From Spirochaetaceae bacterium (GTDB taxonomy: Bacteria > Spirochaetota > Spirochaetia > DSM-2461), in assembly GCA_965224705.1 (NCBI GenBank), contig OZ245056.1, forward strand, positions 1,344,001-1,408,000: a stretch of DNA of 64,000 bases, in the 5' to 3' direction. The position numbers and the translations under genes were made by a program. The notes beneath the pieces are model-generated. The model did not search any database and was not told where the DNA came from. It worked only from the letters and a program-made list of their open reading frames with translations. Within the stretch, counting starts at the first letter, position 1, and each line of letters starts with the position of its first letter. This document shows, piece by piece, positions 51,062 through 59,537 of this stretch.

Positions 51062-52276
51062 ATGAAGACCTTAAGATGCCGCATTGCGGGCCTGTTTCTC
51101 CTGGGAAGTCTGCTCACTTCGTACCTGGCGGCCGAGAGCGAAACCCGGGCCAATCTTCAGCTCTATAATACCGTGTACCGCGGCAAGGGGACCACCTGGT
51201 ACTATGGTGCCAGCGGCCTGGCCGACCTCCGTTTCGCCTCCACGGGAAACAAAAACATGAAGGCCCAGGCTGCGGTGGAGTTCTTACCCAAGGACATCGC
51301 CGGCGGCGGAGGGGCGTCGGCACCGACGGTATCGCTAAAGAGGCTGTGGATAAAGGCGAACTTCCCCTCCTGGCGGCTCACCGCCGGGAAAACCAAGGTG
51401 GCCTGGGGGAATGGTTTCGTTTTCAATTCCGGTGATATTCTCTTCGGCAGTCTGTCTCCCTACCTGAATTTCACCCAGTCGACGGTGAGAGATGATACGG
51501 CGTTTCTCACCGCCCTGAACTTTCCCCTCGGGAGGTTCAGCTATCTGGAAGCCGTCGTACTGCCCCCGGATCTGGTGCAGGATGGCGTAACGGGAAGTTT
51601 CACCTTCCAACCCATCGACCATATCTCGGGGGGAGTACGCTTCTTCTTTCGAATCGATGGTTTCCGACTGGAGGGCGGCTACCTCTACAAGGGTGACAAG
51701 AAGGTGGCAAATGACATGCAGGGCCATCGGCCTTACCTGTCGTTTCACGGCCACGCGGGGGTGGATTTCTACGGCGCGGTTTCCCTGGCGGCCGGTTACG
51801 ATTCAAGCCTGACGGGGGATCAGCACAGGGATACCTGGGGCGAAATTTCCCGAACGGTGAATATCAGCCTCGGCGCCTTCCACCAGCTTCAGGCCGGCTA
51901 TGACGGCACCCTCTCGTTTCGTCTGGAAACCCTCATCATGCCCTGGCAGAACTGGAGTTCCCAGGATTTCACGGAAATCCTTGCCGGTTCGGCCTACGGT
52001 ATCATGATTTATCCCATGGTGAGCTGGAATTTCCGGTCCTCCTGGACCATTACACTCCAGTCGATTATCTCACCGGTGGATGCCTCCGCCCAGATTACCG
52101 GCAGTGTGGGCTGGCAGGTGTTCCAGGGCTTCACTCTCCTTGGTTATGTCAGCGCCGCCATTGGCGGTGAACAGTCCCTGTTCGCCTGGGACCGAACGGG
52201 CGCATGGCCTGAACTATGGCCGGAAGACCGTCCCAATGGGATGAGTTTTACTCTGGGAGGGCGGTATAGCTATTAA
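51062..52276 (+). CDS. Putative outer-membrane beta-barrel protein
   Basis: Signal peptide, LTAGKTKVAWGNG, alternating beta pattern, C-terminal aromatic (RYSY). Confidence 0.65.
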   Translation: MKTLRCRIAGLFLLGSLLTSYLAAESETRANLQLYNTVYRGKGTTWYYGASGLADLRFASTGNKNMKAQAAVEFLPKDIAGGGGASAPTVSLKRLWIKANFPSWRLTAGKTKVAWGNGFVFNSGDILFGSLSPYLNFTQSTVRDDTAFLTALNFPLGRFSYLEAVVLPPDLVQDGVTGSFTFQPIDHISGGVRFFFRIDGFRLEGGYLYKGDKKVANDMQGHRPYLSFHGHAGVDFYGAVSLAAGYDSSLTGDQHRDTWGEISRTVNISLGAFHQLQAGYDGTLSFRLETLIMPWQNWSSQDFTEILAGSAYGIMIYPMVSWNFRSSWTITLQSIISPVDASAQITGSVGWQVFQGFTLLGYVSAAIGGEQSLFAWDRTGAWPELWPEDRPNGMSFTLGGRYSY

Positions 52277-52357
52277 CACGGCTGGAATCATTGACAGCTT
52301 AACGTACACAAAGAACCGCCATTACTATCCTGTTAATGAGCCCCGGCAGCTCAGCAG
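52262..52357 (+). repeat. Duplicate of the tRNA-Arg promoter plus first 18 nt of the tRNA (copy of 55308-55403)
   Basis: 96 bp with 4 mismatches by eye; ends GCCCCGGCAGCTCAGCAG. Confidence 0.85.
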
Positions 52358-52472
52358 CAGTTATTGGCAGTTTTCCTGGGAAAGACTTTCACCAAGAATG
52401 ATTGATATTTCCTGTATGTGAAACCAAAGGTCAGAGGGTTCTTCCGTTTGCAGTAAGAAACCAGTATGTGAA

Positions 52473-53121
52473 TTATCGTTTCTTCACTCTTGTGAAAGCA
52501 ATATATCCGATGGCTGTGTAAATGACGAAAACTATGGAAATTATGAAATCGTAATGTTCGATGAGGTTTAAGAATAGCGGCGAAATGCTACTCATAGCAA
52601 AGTAAAGAGCGATGACTGCCAGGAGTCTGTCGGACTTACGCCTCACGGCTCGATTTTTGCCCTTCTCTCCAGAAGCAAGCCTCCTGCTTGTTTCTTCCGA
52701 GCCGCCTTCGTTCGTTTTCGCCGCCATCCGTGGCGGCTTTTCCTCGCTATCGCTCGGCACTCTCTCAGGATGCGAGTCCATAGACTCGCATCCCCTGCTG
52801 CTGCGTTGCCAAAATACTCACGTAGCCCAGCTACGCTCCGTTTTTGTCGCCTTGCATCAGGCAAAAATCATCAAAAATCGCCTCGAAATCTTAAAGTCCG
52901 ACAGACTCCTAGATATCTGTATATCCATATCACGTCGAGTCTATTTTTCTTCTGGTCAATAAGATTTCTGCGATTTGTGTATTTTTGAAACTCATTTTGA
53001 TAATTTTTTTGATAGAACGATTTGATAAAATAGTTATCAAGACTGAAAAGAAAACTGATAATGAAAATGAAGATAAGCCTGGAAACAAAGCAATTTCAGG
53101 ATTTTCGGCATATTGTTCCAT
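52473..53121 (-). pseudogene. Membrane protein remnant interrupted by a MITE
   Basis: Hydrophobic ORF pieces on both sides of MITE copy 3, downstream of the lipoprotein gene. Confidence 0.35.
52623..52908 (+). mobile_element. MITE family A, long copy (286 bp) with ~125-bp palindrome-rich insert
   Basis: Same ends as the 161-bp copies plus nested hairpins. Confidence 0.85.
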
Positions 53122-53167
53122 AGTCCTTAGTGTAGCTATTAAAGCAGTGCGGTTGTTTTATTGGTGA

Positions 53168-53695
53168 TTAGTAGATGTAGTTCCCTTCTACTTTCATGCT
53201 ATTACTGTCGAACCAAGGATCCCCTTCAAAAGAGACTGTTGAGTACGTATTCTTATACATTTCAATAACCTCAAAAAATCTCGTTTTCAGTAGTTCAGGA
53301 TCCTGGGCCTCAGAAGATACGACTTCCATTTTTGCTACAGTCGCCAATAGTGCTGTTAGATATGCCATGTTTGTTGCTATCTCATTATAAGTAGTGAAAA
53401 AGTTCTGAATTGATATTGTATATCCTCCCATTGTGTCCTCTTCAACAAATGCTCTATACTCTGTTGTTTCACTACTAACAAGCGTGACTTTTCCTTCCTC
53501 AATGAGTGTCTTCATTGTTGAATATGCAGGGTCATTCTCATAAAACGATCCAATAGAATATAGTCCCCGCAGTACGAGTACTATTGGCGTTTTTGTTTCT
53601 GATTCGAACTGTTGATTGGCTTCACTCAATACTAATGGTGTGGCACATGAAAATAGCATAAGAGCTATTCCGATTGATAATAAAATCTTTTTCAT
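53168..53695 (-). CDS. Putative lipoprotein
   Basis: GGAGG RBS; MKK...LFSC lipobox; AT-rich. Confidence 0.7.
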   Translation of the reverse strand: MKKILLSIGIALMLFSCATPLVLSEANQQFESETKTPIVLVLRGLYSIGSFYENDPAYSTMKTLIEEGKVTLVSSETTEYRAFVEEDTMGGYTISIQNFFTTYNEIATNMAYLTALLATVAKMEVVSSEAQDPELLKTRFFEVIEMYKNTYSTVSFEGDPWFDSNSMKVEGNYIY

Positions 53696-53742
53696 ATTTC
53701 CTCCAGGAAAGAAGTTCCACCTGCTTTAACAGTTACACCTAA

Positions 53743-55030
53743 CCCCTATTTCTCACCAAGACCCTGACACAAAGCAGGCTTCCCATGCTAAAATATTTAC
53801 ATGAAAAAAAATAACAAACAAAAAGAAGCCCGCTTTGCTAATATAGAGTATAAAGCCCATCAGCTCGAGTTGCAAGGGATGGAAATCGGAAAATCCCACA
53901 AAATCATTATAAAGAATGACGGCAAGGTCAACAGCTCCGATGCCGGATTTCTTCTCCTCCAGCAGGTTGAGCAGAAGCATAGGATTATTGAAAAGCTGTC
54001 AGATTTCTTCACTGATAAAAGAGATCCGCTCTATGTGTTCTGTGATGATTTTCCCCTGATCGCCCGGCTGCGGCCGTCCAGCCTGGATGCCTGTGAGGGT
54101 ACCGAAGAGATTCTGGTCAATCTGGTTGGCGCGATTAGGGCCAGATTTCCTGATGTCCGCATCATTTTCCGTGGAGACTCGGACTTCTGCCGTGAGAGTG
54201 TCCTGAAGCAGTGTGAGATATTGAAAGTCAAATATATCACCGGTATGGCAGGAAATACGAGGCTGCTGAAGAAGATTGATCCGCAGATGGTTGAGGCTGA
54301 AAAGCTCTTCGTTAAGAGCAAAGCAGCCGAACGTGTTTTTAGCCGTTTTCCCTGGAAGACCCAAAGCAGCTGGAGTCGCAATCGGGATGTCATTGCCAGG
54401 GTGGAACATCTGCCGGGCAAGAAGAATCCCCGCTTTATTGTGACGGACATACCTGCTGAAGAAGGGGATGCCCAATCGCTGTATGAAGATGTCTACTGTG
54501 CACGCGGCGATATGGAGAATCGCATCAAAGAGCAGCAGCTTTATCTGTTTGCCGACCGCACCTCCAGCTATTGGGTGAGTTCGAATCAGCTTCGATTGTA
54601 CTTTTCGACAATCGCCTATATATTCTTTGTCCATCTTCGAAGAACAATTCTGCAGGTCAGCGGTGATGAAACTCGAAGCATGTCCTCTACAATCCGATTA
54701 AGGATGCTTAAAGTTTCGGCCGCTGTAAAGATTACGGTTCGCCGAGTCTGGATCAGTCTTCCGGAGAGTTTTCCCTGGTGGGACATCTGGATACGAACAT
54801 CCCGGGCCATCTGAGCGGTAATAAAAACAGTTGATAGTTCTCATCTGGATTCCCTGGGGAAGCTGTGCACCGAGGGTTGAAAAAATGCAAAAAAAATCAG
54901 AAGAAATCGACTTAAATTGGACGGAAATAACAAGGATCAATCAACTGGAAACTTTTTTTTGATATATTAGCGGAGAGAACAGAAATTCCCCAGGATTTTT
55001 ATGTAGTTTTATGTTGGTGAGAAATAGGGG
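53743..55030 (+). mobile_element. IS1380-family element, internally deleted (transposase remnant 53801-54814)
   Basis: 17-bp IRs CCCCTATTTCTCACCAA / TTGGTGAGAAATAGGGG; SSDAG, IIFRGDSDFC, YCARGDMENRIKEQQL; in-frame junction DKRDP|LYVFC lacks the expected middle part. Confidence 0.85.
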
Positions 55031-55049
55031 CTAGCGGATATCGTCGGCC

Positions 55050-55322
55050 AGACGGCTTTGAATTTCCCTCCGGGCTGGTTCAGCTACCTGGAGGCAGTTG
55101 TAATGCCTCCAAATCTTGAACTGGAGAACGGCAATTTGTCCGTCCAACCTGTCCGTCATATTACGGGAGGGATGCGTTTGTTCTTTCGGATTGATGGTTT
55201 CCGGCTGGAAGGAGGATACGTTTACAAAGGTGATAAAAAGGTCTCCTTCGATTTGCTGGGCCATCGGCCTTACCTGTCGTTTCATGGACATGCAGGAGTG
55301 GATTTTACGGTATAGCTATTAA
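55050..55322 (+). pseudogene. Internally deleted paralog fragment of the 51062-52276 OMP-like gene
   Basis: FSYLEAVV..RLFFRIDGFRLEGGYVYKGDKKV..GHRPYLSFHGHAGVDF, then a jump to the gene's last codons. Confidence 0.8.
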
Positions 55323-55344
55323 CACTGCTGGAATCATTGACAGC

Positions 55345-55374
55345 TTGACGTACACAAAGAACCGCCATTACTAT
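55345..55374 (+). promoter_or_regulatory. Probable tRNA promoter
   Basis: TTGACG-18 nt-TACTAT, nested inside a 10-bp IR TCATTGACAG / CTGTCAATGA. Confidence 0.55.
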
Positions 55375-55385
55375 CCTGTCAATGA

Positions 55386-55459
55386 GCCCCGGTAGCTCAG
55401 CAGGATAGAGCAACTGCCTCCTAAGCAGTAGGTCAGCCGTTCGAATCGGCTCCGGGGTA
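55386..55459 (+). tRNA. tRNA-Arg(CCT), CCA not encoded
   Basis: Acceptor GCCCCGG/CCGGGGT, D arm GCTC/GAGC, anticodon arm ACTGC-CTCCTAA-GCAGT, T arm with GTTCGAATC. Confidence 0.95.
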
Positions 55460-55469
55460 TAATCAGGAA

Positions 55470-55689
55470 GTGTCAGAAAGCTTGTTGCAGCCTGGTTTCA
55501 TTTTAATCAGGCGAGATAATGATCCTTGTCAGATACAGCAGTTCAATGTTGAATGCTGCCGATGATTCGGCGAATTACTCTCTGGTACTGTGAGAAATCT
55601 TCTCGGCATGGTATATTGTAAATTATTTTTCTGACAGGAATTAATTCTCTAATAAAAGTAATCACTCTGTTTAACAAGCTTTCTGACAC
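55470..55689. mobile_element. Miniature inverted-repeat element, family B (220 bp)
   Basis: GTGTCAGAAAGCTTGTT ... AACAAGCTTTCTGACAC, 10 nt after the tRNA. Confidence 0.75.
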
Positions 55690-55852
55690 TGCAAATTCCT
55701 TCCTCAAATCTCATCCTAATACTTGACTCGAATTCCATGAATTGAACACCCAGAAGCTTTCAGTTCTGAGGCAGCCACTTTTCATCACGTGGATTAGATT
55801 ATAAGGCAATCGCACTTGACGGCCTGTACTGGTTAACCCTACTATCAGCTAG

Positions 55853-56013
55853 GAGCCTGTCGGATTTACGTCTCACGGCTCGATTTTTGCCCTTTTTCCC
55901 TGCTGCTGCGTTGCCAAAATACTCACGTAGCCCAGCTACGCTCCGTTTTTGTCGCCTTGCATCAGGAAAAAATCATCAAAAATCGCCTCGAAGCCTTAAA
56001 GTCCGACAGACTC
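55853..56013 (+). mobile_element. MITE family A, copy 4 (161 bp)
   Basis: Terminal IRs; flanks CTAG / CCAG. Confidence 0.85.
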
Positions 56014-56121
56014 CCAGGAGACTTAATCGTTCTGAAATAAAACAGGTAAGAGTTGACCGATATCAGGATTGCAGGAAGTTTCCAGGCAGATATGAACAAA
56101 TTTAATTAAGGGAAGGTTTTT

Positions 56122-57060
56122 ATGTTTAAGATTCCATTCAGTGTTGAAGAGAGTATTTCTATTGACTCCAGCGCAGAAAATGTCTACAAATCGGTTTCCA
56201 ACTTCTCGACCTGGGGAGAATGGTCTCCCTGGATTTGCCAGGAACCAAGCTGCCCTGTTCGTGTTGAAGGAGACAGTGGTACAGTAGGTCATCGTCAGAT
56301 TTGGGATGGAGATTTAATTGGCGCTGGAGAGATGAGTATCAGCAAAGCTGTTCCGAATGAAATCCTTGAGTATGACCTGCAGTTTCTCAAACCCTGGAAA
56401 AGCAGGAGCAAAACGGGTTTCCAGATTTCTTCCCAGGGAGAGAAAACTCTGATTTCCTGGTGGATGACTGGTACTCTGCCCGTGTTTCTGTTCTATATGA
56501 AAAAAATGATGTCTGTTTTCGTTGGAGGAGACTATAACCGAGGCCTTTTAATGCTCAAGGAGTATATTGAAACTGGAAAAGTTCTGAGTAAAACGGCTAT
56601 AAAGGGAGTTGTTAAACAGGAAGAGTTTTATTATATCGGCAAACGGAAATCCTGCAGGATATCGGATATAGGACCAGAAATGGCGAAAGATTTTGCCGAG
56701 TTGAATGAATTGGTGGAAAACTCCACCCTACCCCAACCAAAAGGAGCTATTTCGATATACCACTCTTTTGAAATGCTTAAGGGAACATGTGAATACACAT
56801 CAGGTTTTACGTATGATTCCAGACAAACCGCATCCAATGGGGTGGTGGATGGCCAGATTTCTGCTCGTAAATCTTTACGTGTAGACCATTTAGGTCCCTA
56901 TCGTCATTTAGGGAATGCATGGACAACTGCTATGGGATATGTGCGTGCAAAGCACAAAGCTGATAAGTCTCAGCCAATGTATGAAATATATGCGAACAAT
57001 CCGAACGAAGTGCCTGAAGAAGAAGTTTTAACTGAAATTCATGTTCCGATAAAAAGATAG
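56122..57060 (+). CDS. SRPBCC + GyrI-like effector-binding domain protein
   Basis: WGEWSPW, DYNRGLLMLKEYIE, HLGPYRHLGNAW, EIYANNP. Confidence 0.8.
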   Translation: MFKIPFSVEESISIDSSAENVYKSVSNFSTWGEWSPWICQEPSCPVRVEGDSGTVGHRQIWDGDLIGAGEMSISKAVPNEILEYDLQFLKPWKSRSKTGFQISSQGEKTLISWWMTGTLPVFLFYMKKMMSVFVGGDYNRGLLMLKEYIETGKVLSKTAIKGVVKQEEFYYIGKRKSCRISDIGPEMAKDFAELNELVENSTLPQPKGAISIYHSFEMLKGTCEYTSGFTYDSRQTASNGVVDGQISARKSLRVDHLGPYRHLGNAWTTAMGYVRAKHKADKSQPMYEIYANNPNEVPEEEVLTEIHVPIKR

Positions 57061-57079
57061 CAGCGTGGTTCTCTCCCAG

Positions 57080-57113
57080 GAGTCTGTCGGATTTTAAGAC
57101 TTTGAGGCGATTT
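57080..57113 (-). mobile_element. MITE family A partial end
   Basis: GAGTCTGTCGGATTTTAAGACTTTGAGGCGATTT preceded by CCAG. Confidence 0.7.
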
Positions 57114-57205
57114 AGGTACAGGAATCATCCTGCAAATAACTGACTGACTTCCGGTGAAAAAGAATGTGAGTATTACCCTGTGTCAGAAAGGGTGAAGTAT
57201 GTCTT

Positions 57206-57715
57206 TCAGTGGATTTCGGATACCGCCACCACATAGTTTTTCTTATACACCCTGGCACACTTCGGGCAGGTTGTATAAAAGAAATAGGTCTTCTTTACCC
57301 GTTTGTCTTTTTCCTTTGCAAACACTTCCATCTCTTTTTCCCATCTGGATATTTTGCTATATGGTCCCTCAAAGACTTTCGTTATATAATTTCCCGTCAT
57401 TTTTACCATTTCCTGTCCGGGAACATCCTTGTTGACAGAAAAATAATGCTCGCCAGTCCATGCTGACGGGTCGCGGGACATGACAATGAAATTATCCTCA
57501 CTATTCGCATTTGCCTTTTCTATATCCGAAAAAGTTTTTGAAAAAACAGATCCAAAATTTATGGGAATATGGAAGACGCTTTTTGTTTCGGCCCTGACAA
57601 ACAATTTATCCTTAAAGTGCAGTTCCTGTTCGTCCCAGTTCATTACTTTGAATCTGGGGCAGCAGTTTGTCGGATTGTCGCTCATATCGTATTTTGGCAG
57701 GAGATTTGTTTCCAT
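57206..57715 (-). CDS. Small GyrI-like fold / 'hydrolase' family protein (start after AAGGAG)
   Basis: NCCPRF, KVFEGPY, YTTCPKCARVYKKNYVV. Confidence 0.7.
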   Translation of the reverse strand: METNLLPKYDMSDNPTNCCPRFKVMNWDEQELHFKDKLFVRAETKSVFHIPINFGSVFSKTFSDIEKANANSEDNFIVMSRDPSAWTGEHYFSVNKDVPGQEMVKMTGNYITKVFEGPYSKISRWEKEMEVFAKEKDKRVKKTYFFYTTCPKCARVYKKNYVVAVSEIH

Positions 57716-57922
57716 CTTGACTCCTTTTATGGCTTCAGTGCTTTTAGCCATAATTCTTCCAGAAATTGTGAACTTCAGGCGCTCTTCTGTCAATACTCAA
57801 CTTCTTGAATTAGATACCAAAAGACTCCTTGATGAAGTCACAAAACTCCCGCAGGACTGTTAACCTGACCTGTATTTGCTGGATTCTCTTTGCACGTCCT
57901 TAAAGAATTTCCGCAAATCCCC

Positions 57923-58006
57923 TTCCGAGCCGCCTTCGTTCTTGCTGCTGCCTTGCCTGCCTGTCGGCAGACAGGTCGCCTAAAGCTCTTGAAGTCCGAC
58001 AGGCTC
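57923..58006 (+). mobile_element. MITE family A variant end with embedded CCTGCCTGTCGGCAGACAGG palindrome
   Basis: Shares TTCCGAGCCGCCTTCGTTC with the long copy; ends AAGTCCGACAGGCTC-CCAG. Confidence 0.65.
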
Positions 58007-58114
58007 CCAGAAAATTTCTGTTCTCTCGGCAATATATTAAGCAAAAAGTCTCCAGTTGATTGATCCTTGTTGTTTCCGTCCAGATTAAGTCGATTTCACA
58101 GGTCCGCCCACGGG

Positions 58115-58616
58115 TTAAAGCTTCTGGATCTTCGATTCGCTCAGACCTGTGGCCGTGATGATGAGTTCCATGTCGGCTCCGGCAGTCTTTAATCGCCTGG
58201 CTGTTTCCGTTTTTTCTTCTTCTCTGCCTTCTTCTCTGCCCTTATCCCTGCCATCGCTCCAGGATTCATCCAGACCGCTTAGATAATCCCTTCTCCATTT
58301 CTCTTTGGCTTCCAGCCTGTCAAGCATGGCTTGATCGGCAGTGAATGCTGTGTAGAGTTTATGGGCCTCCTGAATATACGGGTTGTCTCCCAATAACACC
58401 GACATCTCGTCCTCCTTCAAATAGCCTTCGTACTTAGTTGAAATGCTCTTTCAAGTTATAGGGGTTGAGAATGTTGACGCTGATGACCGGAGTGAGGTCT
58501 TTTTGTGTTAAAAAAGCATTGATGAAATTCGTCAACAGACTGGTATTTTTCTCATCACCGAGAAGGGCGCGGGCAAACAAGTCAGACAGCGGATCAAATG
58601 GTCTGGTTGATTCCAT
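58115..58616 (-). pseudogene. Rpn copy with nuclease core deleted; C-terminal ORF 58115-58405 intact with its own RBS
   Basis: Near-identical to 61538-62428 but lacks 61872-62248. Confidence 0.9.
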
Positions 58617-58740
58617 GGCTTTATACTACGGTTGTTTTGGCATTTGATGCAAGGGAAAAGTCAATCCATCTGAATTGAACACTTGTATGGTGGTGAGGCA
58701 GGTGCCGCAGGGGTGGCGGAAACTCTTCCCTTGAAGAAAC

Positions 58741-59235
58741 TTACATGGTCTGGAGGAACGTTCCCGTCGTCCGCACAGCAGTCCTGATCAGCTTGATGAA
58801 TCAGCCGTGTGCCGGATCGTTCAATTAAAGAAGAGCCGCCTGCGTTGGGGAGCAAAGAAAATCCATGCCCTGTTTATTCGGCAGTATTCCGATTATGTCT
58901 CATTAAGCAGTGTAAAAAGAGTCTTGAAGAACGGTGGCTTTGTTGAGAAAAGGAAACGGCGTAAACAGCTTGCACCGTAGAGGATCTCGGAACATCATCC
59001 TGTGCAGGTTCCAAACGATGTCCAGAGTGTATCCCCTGGAGAGTGTGAGATTGAGTACCCGCTGTATTATAGAACCCGCATGCTCTCCCGGCATGGGTAT
59101 ATGAAGCTGGATCGGCAGGCGATTGACATCAGCAGTGCTCTGGCCGGGGTAACAGTTGGAATCACTGATCTTGATGAATTGCATTTTTCGGTTTATTTTG
59201 ATTGTATTGAGTTTCTTCAAAACGCATTAAATTGA
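58741..59235 (+). pseudogene. IS481-family transposase remnant
   Basis: GLEERSRRPHSSP..RWGAKKI..SSVKRVL; TAG at 58978; PNDV then jumps to C-terminal ISSALAGVTVGI. Confidence 0.75.
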
Positions 59236-59537
59236 ATCATTTTGTAATCCGCATTTGAAATCACGATGAAAAAAATGGCCATATCCGCTACACTGTTTTC
59301 AACATAAAGAAGTCCGGGGAAGGCATGAAAACTATATTAGAAATCATAGGCGGAGAGTAAACCCTGCTACCGCTTAAATACGAACTAGAGGATTGTTTCC
59401 CCGAAGTGCTGAATTGCGGACACCGCTCCTTTCTCCACCATCTTTGGGTTATAGAAGAACATTTGTTCCAGGGTGTCCTTGTAATTTTTTATTGAACTCC
59501 AATAAAGTCCCCAAAACAATCACTCCTCAACCCTGGT

